Assembly (NCBI GenBank): GCA_963530385.1
Contig: CAUSCX010000002.1
Span: 13,025 to 77,024, forward strand
Length of the DNA: 64,000 bases
Direction: 5' to 3'
Source of the DNA: an uncultured Streptococcus sp.
Lineage (GTDB): Bacteria; Bacillota; Bacilli; Lactobacillales; Streptococcaceae
This document shows, in pieces, positions 49,151 to 61,399 of the stretch (the first letter of the stretch is position 1; each line of letters starts with the position of its first letter). The translations under genes were made by a program, and so were the position numbers. The notes under the pieces are model-generated. The model was not told the origin of the DNA. It did not search any database and saw nothing but the letters and a program-made list of their open reading frames with translations.

Positions 49151-49981
49151 TTAGTTAGTTTTTGTGACTGTGACTTCACCTGTTCGGTAATCTAACTGAA
49201 TTCCCTTTTGGACATTTGGAATAACGACATTAAACTCCAACTCCCCATCAGAGGACTTGGCTTCAATCTGCGATGCGGAAGGTACCAAGTCTTCCTCAGT
49301 CGCATAGAGCAACGTCACACGGTAACGCACTCGTTTATTCTGATCTAAGGCTTTTCGAACCAAACTCTCATAGTAGTTTTGACCTGTCGAATCTTCTGCA
49401 CGTGCTTGGTTGGCCCAGGCTGTCTGTACGGCAATATTTTTAGGATTGCTGGTAGAAGCATCGAAGCCGTCTAAGCCACCTATCAAGGCATAGCCTAACA
49501 AGTGTCCTCTATCTACCGCATGGTTGTAGCTTCCCTTTAGATTCTTAACTTGATGCCAACCCGCAGGCGTCCAAGATGTTGAACCATTGCCAGTTTCTTC
49601 ACGGTCCTTGTACTGTCTGGTCGCTTTTGACATGATTGCATTCGCTACTGTGGGAACTGTCTCTCCTCCTACAGTCTTTGTTTTATTATCCGCATAGGGT
49701 TTACTTGAAACCTTGGCGTCTAGATTGGTTTTATTGTTATTGACGATAAAGGCTCCTGCGCTATTCCACTCTAGAGTACCCTTAATTTGTTTTTTAACTG
49801 AATCGGTCAATACACTTTCAGCCAGTTCTTGACTTGGAGTATCAGACGACTGTGATTTTTGTTTTACTTGTGTTTGTGGTGCAGTGTTGGAAGACTGCAT
49901 TTGTTTAATATAGTAGCTTCCTGCTGACAAGAGCAAAAAGAGCAAGAGGCCAATTAGGGCCTGCCTTGTTTTTTTATTCAT
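49151..49981 (-). CDS. endA: DNA-entry nuclease
   Basis: N-terminal anchor, DRGHLLG, QNYYE. Confidence 0.95.
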   Translation of the reverse strand: MNKKTRQALIGLLLFLLLSAGSYYIKQMQSSNTAPQTQVKQKSQSSDTPSQELAESVLTDSVKKQIKGTLEWNSAGAFIVNNNKTNLDAKVSSKPYADNKTKTVGGETVPTVANAIMSKATRQYKDREETGNGSTSWTPAGWHQVKNLKGSYNHAVDRGHLLGYALIGGLDGFDASTSNPKNIAVQTAWANQARAEDSTGQNYYESLVRKALDQNKRVRYRVTLLYATEEDLVPSASQIEAKSSDGELEFNVVIPNVQKGIQLDYRTGEVTVTKTN

Positions 49982-49992
49982 ATTTTCTCCTT

Positions 49993-50144
49993 GTACTCTT
50001 CGAAAATCTCTTCAAACCACGTCAGCTTCACCTTGCCGTATATGTGTTACTGACTTCGTCAGTTCTATCCACAACCTCAAAATGGTGTTTTGAGCAACCT
50101 GCGGCTCTCTTCCTAGTTTGCTCTTTGATTTTCATTGAGTATTA
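49993..50144 (-). repeat. BOX element (A-B-C type)
   Basis: boxA, boxB (ACTGACGAAGTCAGT) and boxC segments. Confidence 0.9.
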
Positions 50145-50178
50145 CATTCACTTCCTAGAAAAAGACTGGTCTCCCAGC

Positions 50179-50367
50179 CTATTTTCCTGTAAATTTTGCG
50201 ATGAGTTCTTGCCATTTTGCTGGCGCTAAAATAGCCCAAGGGTCTTGTCCTTTTCCTAGAATACCATAGCCAATCATCAAACCAATGGCTAGAGCTAAAG
50301 CTCCCAATAGTAATACTACAACTACTAGGATCAAGCGACGCAACACATATTTGGATCGTTTATTCAT
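50179..50367 (-). CDS. epuA: small membrane protein EpuA
   Basis: GLMIGYG motif; between murA and endA. Confidence 0.8.
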   Translation of the reverse strand: MNKRSKYVLRRLILVVVVLLLGALALAIGLMIGYGILGKGQDPWAILAPAKWQELIAKFTGK

Positions 50368-51646
50368 CTTCATCAGCTTCCACACTTACCCGTTCAATCT
50401 TAGCTCCTAACTGGGCCAATTTTTCATGGAAACGGTAGTAACCTCTATCTAAATGGACAAGCTTTCCTACAACTGTTTCGCCTTCAGCTACCAAGCCTGT
50501 CAAAATCAAGGCTGCACTGGCACGTAAGTCTGTCGATAGAACTTCTGCACCTTGGAGAGGCTGTCCTCCGACGATACGGGCTGTATCACGTATGATTTCA
50601 GAGTGCAAGCCCATACGACGCATTTCCTCTAAATGTTGAAAACGATTCTCAAATACAGTCTCTACCATAGTTGACTCACCTTGAGCAACGGTCATTAGAG
50701 CAGTGAACTGCGCTTGCATATCTGTCGGAAATCCTGGATGTGGAAGTGTCTTAACGTGAACAGCCTTTAGCTTATCCCTCTGAGAACGTACACGAATCCC
50801 TTCATCCTCATCGATAACTTCAACACCCATTTCTATCAATTTAGCTATCAAGGGACGATTGTGTTCCCAGATGGCATCCAGAATCAAGACATCTCCACCG
50901 GTCATGGCAGCTGCCACCATGAAAGTCCCTGCTTCGATACGGTCTTGCACAACATTGTGGGTTGCACCGTGTAGTTGTTCAACACCAGTAATCGTCACAG
51001 TTTCTGTTCCTGCACCTTTGACCTTGGCACCCATTTTATTTAGAAGAACAGCTAGGTCGACAATCTCAGGTTCACGCGCAGCATTTTCAATGACAGTCAC
51101 ACCGTTTGCAAGAGTTGCCGCCATCATCAAGTTTTGAGTAGCACCTACACTTGGAAAGTCCATGTAAATATGTGCTCCGTGCAAGCGCTCTGCCTTAGCT
51201 TCGATATAGCCTGCCGTTTGGGTGATCTCAGCCCCCATAGCTTCGAGTCCCTTTAGGTGAAGGTCTATCGGGCGACTACCGATCGTACAGCCACCTGGCA
51301 TCGAAACCTTTGCGTGTCCTACACGAGCCAAGATTGGCCCCAATACTACAATAGAAGCACGCATCTTGCTGACATACTTGTAGGGAGCTTCTTCTGTGAT
51401 ATCTCCAGTCGCATCAACTTCAACAATATGTGCTTCTTGATCAAAGTTTACTTTCGCATTTAATCCACGAACCACCTGATTCATGGTAAAAACATCCGAT
51501 AAAATAGGAACATTTTTTAAGACTGTTTTTCCTTCACTTGCTAAAATAGTTGCTGCAAGCAGTGGCAAAACTGCATTTTTTGCGCCCTCGATGGTAACAC
51601 TTCCAACCAAACGATTATCGCCACCTTGAACTACAATTTTTTCCAT
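50360..51646 (-). CDS. murA: UDP-N-acetylglucosamine 1-carboxyvinyltransferase
   Basis: [24 protein letters not shown]. Confidence 0.97.
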   Translation of the reverse strand: MEKIVVQGGDNRLVGSVTIEGAKNAVLPLLAATILASEGKTVLKNVPILSDVFTMNQVVRGLNAKVNFDQEAHIVEVDATGDITEEAPYKYVSKMRASIVVLGPILARVGHAKVSMPGGCTIGSRPIDLHLKGLEAMGAEITQTAGYIEAKAERLHGAHIYMDFPSVGATQNLMMAATLANGVTVIENAAREPEIVDLAVLLNKMGAKVKGAGTETVTITGVEQLHGATHNVVQDRIEAGTFMVAAAMTGGDVLILDAIWEHNRPLIAKLIEMGVEVIDEDEGIRVRSQRDKLKAVHVKTLPHPGFPTDMQAQFTALMTVAQGESTMVETVFENRFQHLEEMRRMGLHSEIIRDTARIVGGQPLQGAEVLSTDLRASAALILTGLVAEGETVVGKLVHLDRGYYRFHEKLAQLGAKIERVSVEADEDE

Positions 51647-51671
51647 AAAATATTTTCCTTTATTTACAATT

Positions 51672-51902
51672 TTAGAATAGTGTTCTAACTGCTTCTTGCC
51701 AAAGTTGGTAGAGATTTAGGAAAAAGGAACTAATCAGATATCCTAAACCGATACTACATAACACTACTAAGAGACGAACCTTTCTCGCATTATCCCTAGT
51801 CACCTTCAAAATTTGATCCCATCTGACCAAATCTTTTAAGAGCTGAAAGACTAGATAGACAAAAAACATATGACTACTAAGGGTAAAAAACAATTGAATC
51901 AT
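51672..51902 (-). CDS. DUF1146-like membrane protein
   Basis: Two TM; usual position upstream of murA. Confidence 0.75.
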   Translation of the reverse strand: MIQLFFTLSSHMFFVYLVFQLLKDLVRWDQILKVTRDNARKVRLLVVLCSIGLGYLISSFFLNLYQLWQEAVRTLF

Positions 51903-51958
51903 TTGCCTATTATACCATCTTCTTTTTTTCTACGCTAGTTTAGGAATTCGCCTACTGT

Positions 51959-52996
51959 TTAGGGATTGTTTTTTAAATAGTCAATCGCATCTTGAAGCGT
52001 TTTGACTGGAACGATTTTCATGTCTGTTTTAATCATTTGAGCTGCTTCTAGAGCTGTGTCATAGTTACTCTTGGCATTTGGATTTGCCTTTTTAGCTTCT
52101 TCAGTTACTGGATTGTTAGGAGCAAAGAATACAGTAGCTCCCTTTTTAGCTGCAGCGACAACCTTTTTATCAATTCCACCAATATCACCAACATTCCCAT
52201 CTCTGTCGATACTTCCTGTACCAGCAATGATGCGTCCATTTCGAAGAGTGAGATCTGCAATTTGCGTATAGATAGATAGACTAAACATCATCCCAGCACT
52301 AGGACCACCAATGCCTGCAGTTGAAAACTTGATTGGCACATCACTAGTTACTTCTGTGCGGTCAATCAAACCGATTCCGATACCATTTTTCCCATTTTCT
52401 AGAGTAATGATCTTTCCTTCGGCAGTCTTGACTTTTCCATCCTCCTCATAGGTAACCTTAACCTGATCACCTAGAGTTTGAGAATTAACGTAGTCAACCA
52501 TCTCCTTGGAGCTCTCAAAAGTCTTGTCATTCACAGCGGTTACGGTGTCAGCAATATTAAGAACTCCCTTGAAAGTCGAGTTATCTGTCACAGTCAAAAC
52601 ATAAACACCCAGATATTTGAGCTCAATTTCCTTACCCGCCGTCTTCAGACCTTGATATTTGGCCATATTTTGCGAAGTTTCCATGTAAAACTGGTTGATT
52701 CGCATAAATTCTGTATCTGACGACCCCCCCGTCATCTCTTTGGCACTATGTATATCCGTGAAAGGTGTTAGCCAGGCATAAAACAAGTCAACCATTCTGG
52801 CGTGCTTAACTCCAACCGTCACAAATTGGTAGGAACCTTCCTCTTGGTCAGGTTGGTTATTAACTTGTAAAACCTTTCGAATATCTTCAGAAGTTCCTGG
52901 CACCTCGATATAATAAGGCAGGGGCACCGTAAAAGCTATAAAAGTGATAATGAGCCCAATAATGAGATATAGGGGCCATCTAGTTTTTTTCTTCAT
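51959..52996 (-). CDS. sepM: PDZ/Lon-like S16 protease
   Basis: GGPSAG, IGGIDKK, PDZ region. Confidence 0.85.
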   Translation of the reverse strand: MKKKTRWPLYLIIGLIITFIAFTVPLPYYIEVPGTSEDIRKVLQVNNQPDQEEGSYQFVTVGVKHARMVDLFYAWLTPFTDIHSAKEMTGGSSDTEFMRINQFYMETSQNMAKYQGLKTAGKEIELKYLGVYVLTVTDNSTFKGVLNIADTVTAVNDKTFESSKEMVDYVNSQTLGDQVKVTYEEDGKVKTAEGKIITLENGKNGIGIGLIDRTEVTSDVPIKFSTAGIGGPSAGMMFSLSIYTQIADLTLRNGRIIAGTGSIDRDGNVGDIGGIDKKVVAAAKKGATVFFAPNNPVTEEAKKANPNAKSNYDTALEAAQMIKTDMKIVPVKTLQDAIDYLKNNP

Positions 52997-53468
52997 TGTT
53001 TAACTCCTCTAGGACAGCATTTGGTACATACTCACTGATATCTTGACCAAATTTTAATAGTTCTCTCACAGCTGAAGAGCTGATGTGAACATGCTCTGGC
53101 CGACTGTGGAGATAGATTGTCTCCATTTCTCCCGCTAGTTTATGGTTGTAAAAATCAAAACTAGCTTCATACTGAAGATCCGTAGCATTGCGTAAACCAC
53201 GCACTAAGATCTCTGCACCTAATCTTCTAGCAACATCAACGACTAATTCATCGTGAGAAGCTATGACTTTGACATTGTTGAGATGTGCTACTGCTTTTGC
53301 AACAGTTTTCTTTCGGCTCTCTATCTGTAAAAATCCCGTTTTGTGTGGATTATAAAAAATTCCCACATACAATTGATCAAAGAGCTTACTTGCACGCTCA
53401 ATGAGACCCAAATGTCCATTGGTCATCGGATCAAAGGAACCTGTAAATAGCCCAATCTTATCTGACAT
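52980..53468 (-). CDS. coaD: phosphopantetheine adenylyltransferase
   Basis: [18 protein letters not shown]. Confidence 0.95.
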   Translation of the reverse strand: MSDKIGLFTGSFDPMTNGHLGLIERASKLFDQLYVGIFYNPHKTGFLQIESRKKTVAKAVAHLNNVKVIASHDELVVDVARRLGAEILVRGLRNATDLQYEASFDFYNHKLAGEMETIYLHSRPEHVHISSSAVRELLKFGQDISEYVPNAVLEELNNEEKN

Positions 53469-53997
53469 AAACCGTCACCTTACTAATCCCATATATTTTT
53501 TCCTTCCAGATACCCAAACAAGCAATTTCTTCTGGAAGTTCTACTGATTTATCGGTCTCACATACCACCATGACATCCTCTGAAAAAAGATTTCTCTCTG
53601 CCATTTTTTCAATATCGGACACGATTTGTTCTTTTGCATAGGGAGGGTCCAAAAAAACAAGATCAAAGACACCATCGACCTGCTCCAATGCACGGCTGGA
53701 CTCTATTTTCAACAATTGAAACTTTGAGGTTTCCTTAGTCATTCGGATATTTTCTGCGACTATATTCTGGGCTCGACGATCCTTCTCAACCAGAACGGCA
53801 CTGGACATTCCTCTTGAGACAGCCTCGATGGATAAACCACCGCTACCAGCATAGAGATCTAGCACACGCCCGCCTTCAAAGTAAGGGCCAATCATATTGA
53901 AAATAGCGCCCCTAACCTTGTCTGATGTTGGCCTTGTCGTTTTACCGTCCAGCGTCTTTAAAGGACGCCCACCGTAGATTCCTGATACGATTTTCAT
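53458..53997 (-). CDS. rsmD: 16S rRNA m2G966 methyltransferase
   Basis: [16 protein letters not shown]. Confidence 0.93.
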   Translation of the reverse strand: MKIVSGIYGGRPLKTLDGKTTRPTSDKVRGAIFNMIGPYFEGGRVLDLYAGSGGLSIEAVSRGMSSAVLVEKDRRAQNIVAENIRMTKETSKFQLLKIESSRALEQVDGVFDLVFLDPPYAKEQIVSDIEKMAERNLFSEDVMVVCETDKSVELPEEIACLGIWKEKIYGISKVTVYVR

Positions 53998-54057
53998 ACC
54001 GTATATTATACCAAATTCTTATCAAAAAAAGAAAATCGAACCTCTCGGCTCGATTGA

Positions 54058-55050
54058 TTAAAGAATATTTTCGTAAGTATCTCTCACTTCTTGCGGCCAA
54101 ACACTGGTTTGGACTTCACCGATGTGCTTCTTACGAAGCAGGAACATAGCCATACGAGATTGGCCAATTCCTCCACCGATTGTCAATGGGAAAAGTCCAT
54201 TTAGGAGAGCCTTATGCCATTCTAAAGTTAAACGGTCTTCGTCTCCTGTGATAGCTACTTGGCGACGGAGAGTGTCTTCATCGACACGAATGCCCATTGA
54301 AGACAATTCAAAGGCTGCACCCAAATTATCATTCCAAACAAGGATGTCCCCATTCAAGCCATGATAGCCATTTTCAGACTCAGTTGTCCAGTCATCATAG
54401 TCTGGTGCACGTCCGTCATGAGGTTTCCCATCTGACAATTCTCCACCGATACCAATCAAGAAGACCGCACCGAACTCCTTACAGATGGCATTTTCACGTT
54501 CTTTAGGTGTCAAGTCTGGATAGCGTTCCACCAACTCTTCAGTATGGATAAAGGTAATTTGCTTAGGCAAAATTGACTCAATATCGTAGCGTGCTTCTAC
54601 TGCTAACTCTGTCAAACGAATAGCCTTATAAATCTTTTCTACCGTTTCTTTAAGATAGGCAAGATTGCGCTGTCCGTTTGGAATAACTTTTTCCCAGTCC
54701 CACTGATCTACATAGACTGAGTGAGTCGCATCTAGTGAATCTTCATCTGGACGAAGAGCCTTCATGTGAACAAAGAGTCCTTCCCCCTCACCAAAACCAA
54801 AACGGGCCAAGGTATGGCGTTTCCACTTAGCAAGGGAATGCACCACCTCATAGGTTTCATCTGGGATTTGCAAAACCTTAACAGAAACTGGATGTTCAAT
54901 CCCTGAAAGGTTGTCCTGCATCCCATCCCCAACCTTACTCAAGATTGGTCCCTGCACTTCTATAACTTCTAATTTATCTTTCAAATACTGAGTAAAGGTA
55001 TTTTTTACAAAGGAAATTTCTTCCTGTTGATGGATAAAACTTTTCTTCAT
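54058..55050 (-). CDS. asnA: aspartate-ammonia ligase
   Basis: Start [31 protein letters not shown]. Confidence 0.95.
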   Translation of the reverse strand: MKKSFIHQQEEISFVKNTFTQYLKDKLEVIEVQGPILSKVGDGMQDNLSGIEHPVSVKVLQIPDETYEVVHSLAKWKRHTLARFGFGEGEGLFVHMKALRPDEDSLDATHSVYVDQWDWEKVIPNGQRNLAYLKETVEKIYKAIRLTELAVEARYDIESILPKQITFIHTEELVERYPDLTPKERENAICKEFGAVFLIGIGGELSDGKPHDGRAPDYDDWTTESENGYHGLNGDILVWNDNLGAAFELSSMGIRVDEDTLRRQVAITGDEDRLTLEWHKALLNGLFPLTIGGGIGQSRMAMFLLRKKHIGEVQTSVWPQEVRDTYENIL

Positions 55051-55147
55051 ACATCTCTCCTTTCGAATAATAAGATGATTATACCCTTTTACCAGTAAAA
55101 ATAAAAGTAAAAGTTTAAAAAAAGAGCCCATTTGAGCTCTAAAAGTG

Positions 55148-55831
55148 TTAATCGTCACTTCCAAAGATACGCAAGAAGCTAAGGAAGAGGTTGATAAAGT
55201 CAAGGTAGAGGCTAAGTGCCAAAGAAATTGCCCAACCTGTAGCGACTTGACCATTTGATTCTTCATAAACATAGCGAATCTTTTGGTTATCCCAAGCAAT
55301 CAAACCTGCAAAAACAAGAACCATGGCAATACTGATAATGTAATCGAATAGACCACTGTTTAAGAATACATTAACAATCATAGCCAAGATGAGACCTACC
55401 AAGGCTCCAATCAAAGCACGTCCCATACCACTCAAGTCCTTTTTAATCACAACTCCGATAATAGCCATGACAAAGAAAAGGGCAGCACTAGAAATGAAAG
55501 CCGTTAGAACCGTTCCTGGTAGATAAAGCGATACGATGAAACTCAGTGAAAAACCGTTCACTACTGAATAGATGAGAAACATCGGAAGAGCTGCTGGGCT
55601 ATTTTTATAAGCCATATTACTGGCTGCAATGACAAGAGCAACTTCAACTACTCCTGTTACGATTAGCCATATGCGAGCGTTAAGCATCAACTGAACAAGA
55701 AGGTCTTGGAAGGTTGTTAACATTAAGGCTGAAACAAGTGCAGATAAGGCGATCCCAATCCCTACAAAAGCATAGACTTTTGCATAAAATTGATTCAAGC
55801 CTGAACGTTCTTGAATAATTGTTTGATTCAT
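55148..55831 (-). CDS. Bax inhibitor-1/YccA family membrane protein
   Basis: Multi-[11 protein letters not shown]. Confidence 0.9.
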   Translation of the reverse strand: MNQTIIQERSGLNQFYAKVYAFVGIGIALSALVSALMLTTFQDLLVQLMLNARIWLIVTGVVEVALVIAASNMAYKNSPAALPMFLIYSVVNGFSLSFIVSLYLPGTVLTAFISSAALFFVMAIIGVVIKKDLSGMGRALIGALVGLILAMIVNVFLNSGLFDYIISIAMVLVFAGLIAWDNQKIRYVYEESNGQVATGWAISLALSLYLDFINLFLSFLRIFGSDD

Positions 55832-55884
55832 ATCTTTTTCTCCTTATGAAATCTTTTTACTGATTATAACAAAAATAAACTATT

Positions 55885-56625
55885 TTAACTCAAATAAAAC
55901 ATGAGTATACCTGCAGCAATGGCGACATTGAGGCTTTCTGCCTGCCCTTTCATGCTGATGTGGACCAATTGATCTGCCTGGTCTGTCATGAATGGACTAA
56001 TGCCTTGACCTTCATTTCCCATGACCAAGGCGAAATCTTCTGGCTGAGCAAACTCACGATAATCTTTAGAATTTTGAGACAAGGTAGTTGCCAAAATTGG
56101 TAAATTACCCTTTTTAGCCTCTTCAACGAATGTTTCAACAGACATGCGATAAATCGGCAAATGGAAATGACTGCCTTGCATGGAGCGAAGCGTTTTGAGA
56201 CTATAAACATCTGCTGATTTGCTGGAAACAATGACTCCAGAAAAACCTGCCGCATCTGCCGTCCGAATCATGGTCCCCACATTTCCAGGATCCTGCACAT
56301 CTTCTAAGAAAAGGTATTTCCCCTGACTCAAATCTGGCAACTGGTCCTCTTCCTTTTGAACAATAGCAACGATACCCTGAGGAGTTTGCGAATCTGCTAA
56401 ATCAAGCAGAATTTCTTCGGTTACAAAAACAGTTTGAGGATAGTCTACCAGTTTATCTCCATACTCTGCAAGAGCAAATATTTTCTCAATCTTTGCACCA
56501 GCTTGAACAGTTTCTTCAAACAAGTGCCAACCCTCAATCAGGTAAGAGGTTTTCCGATATTTTTTTTGATGTAATTTTTTGGCATTTTTCACCACAGAAT
56601 TGGCTTTAGAGGTTATAATAGTCAT
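55885..56625 (-). CDS. TrmH/SpoU family RNA methyltransferase
   Basis: DPGNVGT..RTA, GNEGQG, ESLNVA. Confidence 0.92.
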   Translation of the reverse strand: MTIITSKANSVVKNAKKLHQKKYRKTSYLIEGWHLFEETVQAGAKIEKIFALAEYGDKLVDYPQTVFVTEEILLDLADSQTPQGIVAIVQKEEDQLPDLSQGKYLFLEDVQDPGNVGTMIRTADAAGFSGVIVSSKSADVYSLKTLRSMQGSHFHLPIYRMSVETFVEEAKKGNLPILATTLSQNSKDYREFAQPEDFALVMGNEGQGISPFMTDQADQLVHISMKGQAESLNVAIAAGILMFYLS

Positions 56626-56658
56626 AGAAATATTATAACACAATCAAGGAGGTTTGGT

Positions 56659-56937
56659 ATGCAAAAGGTTAAAATGATCGCCCAAGGTCGCGTCCAAGGA
56701 GTGGGCTTCCGCTGGGGTGTCTATAGCCTCGCTCTAGAACTAGGTGGCATTACGGGCCGTGTCTGGAATAACGATGACGGAACCGTTGAGATTCTGGCCC
56801 AGGCAGAGTCTTCTGCCATTATGGCTAAGTTTATCCAAGAGATCCGAAAAGGCCCTACCCCTTTCTCTAAAGTAACCTATCTAGATGTGCAAATGAGCAA
56901 CTTTCCATCTTATTCAGACTTCAAAGTCGCAAATTAG
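56659..56937 (+). CDS. acyP: acylphosphatase
   Basis: GRVQGVGFR, N.DGTVE. Confidence 0.93.
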   Translation: MQKVKMIAQGRVQGVGFRWGVYSLALELGGITGRVWNNDDGTVEILAQAESSAIMAKFIQEIRKGPTPFSKVTYLDVQMSNFPSYSDFKVAN

Positions 56938-57014
56938 GTCTCTAGAACTATTGTATATTTTCCAAAAAAACAGTAGAATAGAAAGGTATAATTTTTAAAG
57001 AAGGAATAATTACT

Positions 57015-57941
57015 GTGAAATCAATTAAACGAATCGCTCTCTCAGTCATGGGAGTGGCTATGCTATTAGTCTTGACAGGTTGTGTCCAGGTTGATAAAGC
57101 AACAGGTAAGCCAATTGGTCCCGTTTGGGATTTCTTGGGTGCTCCGATGGGAGAAGCTATCAAATACTTCGCTAATGACCAAGGCCTCGGTTTCGGTGTT
57201 GGAATCATCATTGTAACCATTATCGTCCGCTTGATTATCCTCCCACTTGGTATCTACCAATCATGGAAAGCAACGCTTCACTCTGAGAAGATGAATGCTC
57301 TCAAGCATGTTCTTGAACCACATCAGACTCGTCTGAAAGAAGCAACGACTCAAGAAGAAAAATTAGAAGCTCAACAAGCTCTCTTTGCTGCTCAAAAAGA
57401 GCACGGCATCAGCATGTTTGGCGGCGTGGGATGTTTCCCTATTCTCATTCAAATGCCTTTCTTCTCTGCTATCTACTTTGCTGCCCAACATACTGAAGGA
57501 GTTGCCCAAGCAAGCTACCTAGGAATTCCTCTAGGCTCACCTAGTATGATTTTGGTTGCCTTTGCTGGTATCCTTTACTATCTTCAATCACTCCTTTCTT
57601 TACATGGAGTTGAGGATGAAACTCAAAGAGAACAAATCAAGAAGATGCTCTATATGAGCCCTCTCATGATTGTCGTGTTCTCTGTCTTCTCACCAGCCAG
57701 CGTTACACTTTACTGGGTTGTCGGTGGTTTCATGATGATTCTTCAACAATTTATCATCAACTACATCGTTCGTCCAAAACTTCGTAAAAAAGTACGTGAA
57801 GAATATGCCAAGAATCCACCAAAAGCAAGTAAAACTTCAGCTACTCGTAAAGATGTCACACCTGAACCAGTCTCAGCTATCGCAACTTCTAACAAGAAGA
57901 AAAACAAAAAACGCAATTCTGGCAAACAACATTCTAGATAA
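57015..57941 (+). CDS. yidC: membrane protein insertase
   Basis: LTGC lipobox, PILIQMP, LYW, basic tail. Confidence 0.93.
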   Translation: MKSIKRIALSVMGVAMLLVLTGCVQVDKATGKPIGPVWDFLGAPMGEAIKYFANDQGLGFGVGIIIVTIIVRLIILPLGIYQSWKATLHSEKMNALKHVLEPHQTRLKEATTQEEKLEAQQALFAAQKEHGISMFGGVGCFPILIQMPFFSAIYFAAQHTEGVAQASYLGIPLGSPSMILVAFAGILYYLQSLLSLHGVEDETQREQIKKMLYMSPLMIVVFSVFSPASVTLYWVVGGFMMILQQFIINYIVRPKLRKKVREEYAKNPPKASKTSATRKDVTPEPVSAIATSNKKKNKKRNSGKQHSR

Positions 57942-57965
57942 AGCTACGTGTATTATCCAATAATT

Positions 57966-58022
57966 AAAAAACGAATGAATGACAAATAGTTTTCATGAAC
58001 TAGGTATCATTCATTCGTTTTT
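57966..58022. terminator. bidirectional terminator yidC/kinase
   Basis: AAAAACGAATGAATGA...TCATTCATTCGTTTTT. Confidence 0.7.
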
Positions 58023-58081
58023 ATTATCTACTTTCACATCTTAATTTATTTAAATCCTATAACAACAAATTAGTAAGTAAA

Positions 58082-59173
58082 TCACTTTGATTTAATACAA
58101 TTGAGAGTCATTAAAACTTCTGCTCCCTCGTCTCTATTCCTCAGTTCGACTTGGCCTTTATGCAGTTTTGCAACTCTACATACAAAACTAAGTCCAATAC
58201 CATAATGTTGCTCTTTAAACGATCTAGCTTTATCCATACGATAAAAGAGCTTCCCAAAATTAGTTAAAACTTCCTCTGGAAATTCAGAGCCATTATTCCA
58301 TATACCTATTTTCAATTCCTTCCCCTCTTGCTCTACTCTAATTTTAATTTTAGGATTCTGTTTATCAGCGTACTCCAAAGCATTTGTTAAAATATTTTGT
58401 ATTGCACGAATCAGAAGAGATGGATTTATATAATAGCTTTCAGTTCCTTCCACATTTTGTTCAAAAGAAAACTTCATCTGATTTTTTATCAAAAAAGAGA
58501 CTTCTTTCTCTAATTCATTGATAAAATCTGAAGAAGAATACTCCGCCCAACCTGTCTCATCATCATAGTAAGTTTTAGAATAATGAATCAACTGATTAAA
58601 ATAATCAAGTAAGCGTTGACTAGCACGAACGATATCTGCTAAACATTCTTTAGACTGCTCATCTTTAGTAGAAGTGTACAAAAATTCCGCATTCCCTTTG
58701 ATGATAGTTAGAGGTGTCTTTAAATCATGAGAAGCTGCTGAAACCTGAAACATCAAGTCTTCTTTCTGTTGCTTCTCATCATCTAATAGCTGTCGAATAC
58801 GATCTTGCATCACAATAATTCGATTTCCTGTCTCACGAAATTCCTTAACTGTTAATCTTTCTGTACATTCGCTTTCTAGCCACATACTATTTTCATAAAT
58901 CAAATTCATTTCATAACTTAGTTTTTTCAACAATTTACCAATGTGATAACTTATTAGAATAATCAATAAAACACAAATATATATCCATGATGACACATTG
59001 AAAAAAATTGATTGAACATCATTATTTTTAAGAGGTTTTCCATCCTCCATTATTTGTATAGATACAGAAGTTAAGGGAATAAGATAGGCCATTAATAAGC
59101 CAAGACTAAACTGCCAAATAATTCTCCAGCAGGTCTCTCGAATTAATTGTCTAAAACTTTTGATTCTACCCAT
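58082..59173 (-). CDS. sensor histidine kinase
   Basis: SHDLKTPLT, NILTNA, GIGL; two TM with short loop. Confidence 0.93.
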   Translation of the reverse strand: MGRIKSFRQLIRETCWRIIWQFSLGLLMAYLIPLTSVSIQIMEDGKPLKNNDVQSIFFNVSSWIYICVLLIILISYHIGKLLKKLSYEMNLIYENSMWLESECTERLTVKEFRETGNRIIVMQDRIRQLLDDEKQQKEDLMFQVSAASHDLKTPLTIIKGNAEFLYTSTKDEQSKECLADIVRASQRLLDYFNQLIHYSKTYYDDETGWAEYSSSDFINELEKEVSFLIKNQMKFSFEQNVEGTESYYINPSLLIRAIQNILTNALEYADKQNPKIKIRVEQEGKELKIGIWNNGSEFPEEVLTNFGKLFYRMDKARSFKEQHYGIGLSFVCRVAKLHKGQVELRNRDEGAEVLMTLNCIKSK

Positions 59174-59829
59174 TGGTATCCTCCACCGTACAAGGTTTTA
59201 ATTGGATTTAATTGATAAGGTTTCAGCTTTTGACGAATTTTATAAATGTACTCTGAAACCGAACGTAAAAGAGCTTCTGAATTTTGTGGATATAAATAAT
59301 TATAGATTTCCTCTATAGAATATATTTTACTTGGGTTACTTGCTAAAAGATTCACTATATCAAATTCCCTCCTTGTCAAGGCAATCTTATCTTCGTTTAC
59401 AAATAGTTCCTTACTATCCGTATATAGTATAAGCTTCCCAATCTTTATTTGATGAACATTTCCTTTAGTCCGTTCTTCACGACGTAAGTGCATTTTAACA
59501 CGTGCTAAAAGTTCTGGCATACTAAAAGGCTTCATAATATAATCATCAGCTCCTGCATTGATTCCAGCTACCAAATCTTCATCCATATCCTTAGCAGTTA
59601 TAAAACAGATAGGAACCGTTATCTGCTCGCGGATTATCTGACAGATTTCTAAACCATTAACAGGCATCATAATATCTAATAAAATTAAGTCAAATCCTGT
59701 AAAATCACAAAGATCAACCTCTTCTATGTTATTTCGTATAACTACTTCATAATTTTCATATTCTAGTACCTTTTTTATTAGGCGAAGAATAGCAAGATCA
59801 TCATCTACCACTAAAATTTTATAAGCCAT
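59143..59829 (-). CDS. OmpR-family response regulator
   Basis: VVDDD, LLDIMMP, KPF, winged helix. Confidence 0.95.
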   Translation of the reverse strand: MAYKILVVDDDLAILRLIKKVLEYENYEVVIRNNIEEVDLCDFTGFDLILLDIMMPVNGLEICQIIREQITVPICFITAKDMDEDLVAGINAGADDYIMKPFSMPELLARVKMHLRREERTKGNVHQIKIGKLILYTDSKELFVNEDKIALTRREFDIVNLLASNPSKIYSIEEIYNYLYPQNSEALLRSVSEYIYKIRQKLKPYQLNPIKTLYGGGYQWVESKVLDN

Positions 59830-59891
59830 AACTCACGCTCCTAAATTACATTATATCATTAACTGAGAAAAAGACAGGATATCCCCTGTCT

Positions 59892-60632
59892 TTAGCGTAT
59901 ATTTCTTTCTCTAAGTATTAGTGTAGCAACTACAAAAACAATTAATAACCATACTATTTGTATCCCTAATCCTTGCCAAACTGGATAATAAAGTGATAAA
60001 GGATGGATATAGTAACAGTTCATACTAGCTAGTAAGGGCAAATTTCTAAAAAAAGAACTGAATTGTAGTAACATTTGTCCCAACCCCAATAAAAGGGATA
60101 AACTGATTCCCAAAATTAAGATAAAAGACTGGGAAATAAATACAAAAATACCACTTAAAAGAGAGAAGGTTAAAATAGAAATACATGCTGGAAATAGGAT
60201 TGTTAGAACATTTTTAATATTGCTCAAAAGATTGATATTGTAGTATCCTTGGGCAATTAGTATACATACTGATATTACAGCTAGCAATAATACAATTTCC
60301 ACACATAACACAATAGCTAGTTTACATATTATAAATTTTAAACGATTTGGACATGTAAGAAAACTTGTACGAAGGCTAGAACCTGTAAATTCTTGACCTA
60401 TAAATAGTACAGCTAGACTAATAAAACCTGCCTGTCCTAAATAGAGACTTTGCAGTAGCTGTTCCAAAACAAACTGTAGGGTCAACTGGTCTGGCTTACT
60501 ATTTAAAAAAATAACCATCGCTGGAACACACAGTAATAGGGCACCTATAATCAACCAGTGCCAAGGATTCATCATAAACTTGAGATACTCACTTTTAAGT
60601 TGCTCTTTCAACTTATTCACCTCCTCCAACAT
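59892..60632 (-). CDS. ABC-2 permease (LanG-like)
   Basis: Multi-TM, SEYLK, GQEF; start uncertain. Confidence 0.8.
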   Translation of the reverse strand: MLEEVNKLKEQLKSEYLKFMMNPWHWLIIGALLLCVPAMVIFLNSKPDQLTLQFVLEQLLQSLYLGQAGFISLAVLFIGQEFTGSSLRTSFLTCPNRLKFIICKLAIVLCVEIVLLLAVISVCILIAQGYYNINLLSNIKNVLTILFPACISILTFSLLSGIFVFISQSFILILGISLSLLLGLGQMLLQFSSFFRNLPLLASMNCYYIHPLSLYYPVWQGLGIQIVWLLIVFVVATLILRERNIR

Positions 60633-61398
60633 CTGACTGAAGCAAGCGATAAATTGCTAAAGTCAAGAATGTCAAATTCCAAAAAAGTAAAAGCAAAATA
60701 TTTTGGAAACTATTCTGTTCTAACATTTGAGGAGATGTAGCAATCAGTCCATAGCTCAATGAAACTGGAAGAAATTTTGCAATTGATATATGGTCGGCTA
60801 AGAATGTTCCTAAATTGTAGACTTGAGGAAGCAAAAACAATAGGGGAACAAGGGCTTTTTTAAATGTTAAAGCCAGAATATAGGCTAAAAGTCCCAACAA
60901 TGTCCAAGCTATACTGTCCAAAAACATATAGAACCAAACTGTCCCATTTAGTGAAAAAAGCAATAAACCATCTTGTCCTAAAACATAATGTGTCATGTTA
61001 ATCGTCAGAAATATTGATAGGAAGGAAATGACAAAAGAAAATATCAGCCAAACTAATGTTTTTGAAACTAGGAAAGTACTTCGACTCGTATTAGAGAGGA
61101 GGCTTGTGCGAATAGCAGAGCCTTTATACTCTTCAGCTCCGTAGATTGAGCCTAAGATAATCATAAAAAAAACGCCAACTAAAGTAACATCAAAACCTAA
61201 AAATTCAATAGGGGGAATAGCTTCTACTAACTCTGGGGTTGTCTCTGGGGTAGCATGGATACCAACTGAAACAATTTGAGATGCACCAATATTTGCTAAA
61301 AACGTTTGAAATACTAGTAGCAAGAATAGTACAACATGAGTAGCTCTCTTATAAAGTAATTTCAATATTTCAGAATGAAGAGAGTAAATAAGTGCCAT
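60613..61398 (-). CDS. ABC-2 permease (LanE-like)
   Basis: Multi-TM, SEILK, AEEY. Confidence 0.8.
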   Translation of the reverse strand: MALIYSLHSEILKLLYKRATHVVLFLLLVFQTFLANIGASQIVSVGIHATPETTPELVEAIPPIEFLGFDVTLVGVFFMIILGSIYGAEEYKGSAIRTSLLSNTSRSTFLVSKTLVWLIFSFVISFLSIFLTINMTHYVLGQDGLLLFSLNGTVWFYMFLDSIAWTLLGLLAYILALTFKKALVPLLFLLPQVYNLGTFLADHISIAKFLPVSLSYGLIATSPQMLEQNSFQNILLLLFWNLTFLTLAIYRLLQSDVGGGE

Positions 61399-61399
61399 G

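Noticed and set aside
55051..55299. N-terminal extension of asnA in ORF track
   Set aside because: Overlaps upstream gene; AAAGGAGA RBS precedes ATG at 55050 giving a normal 330-aa protein.
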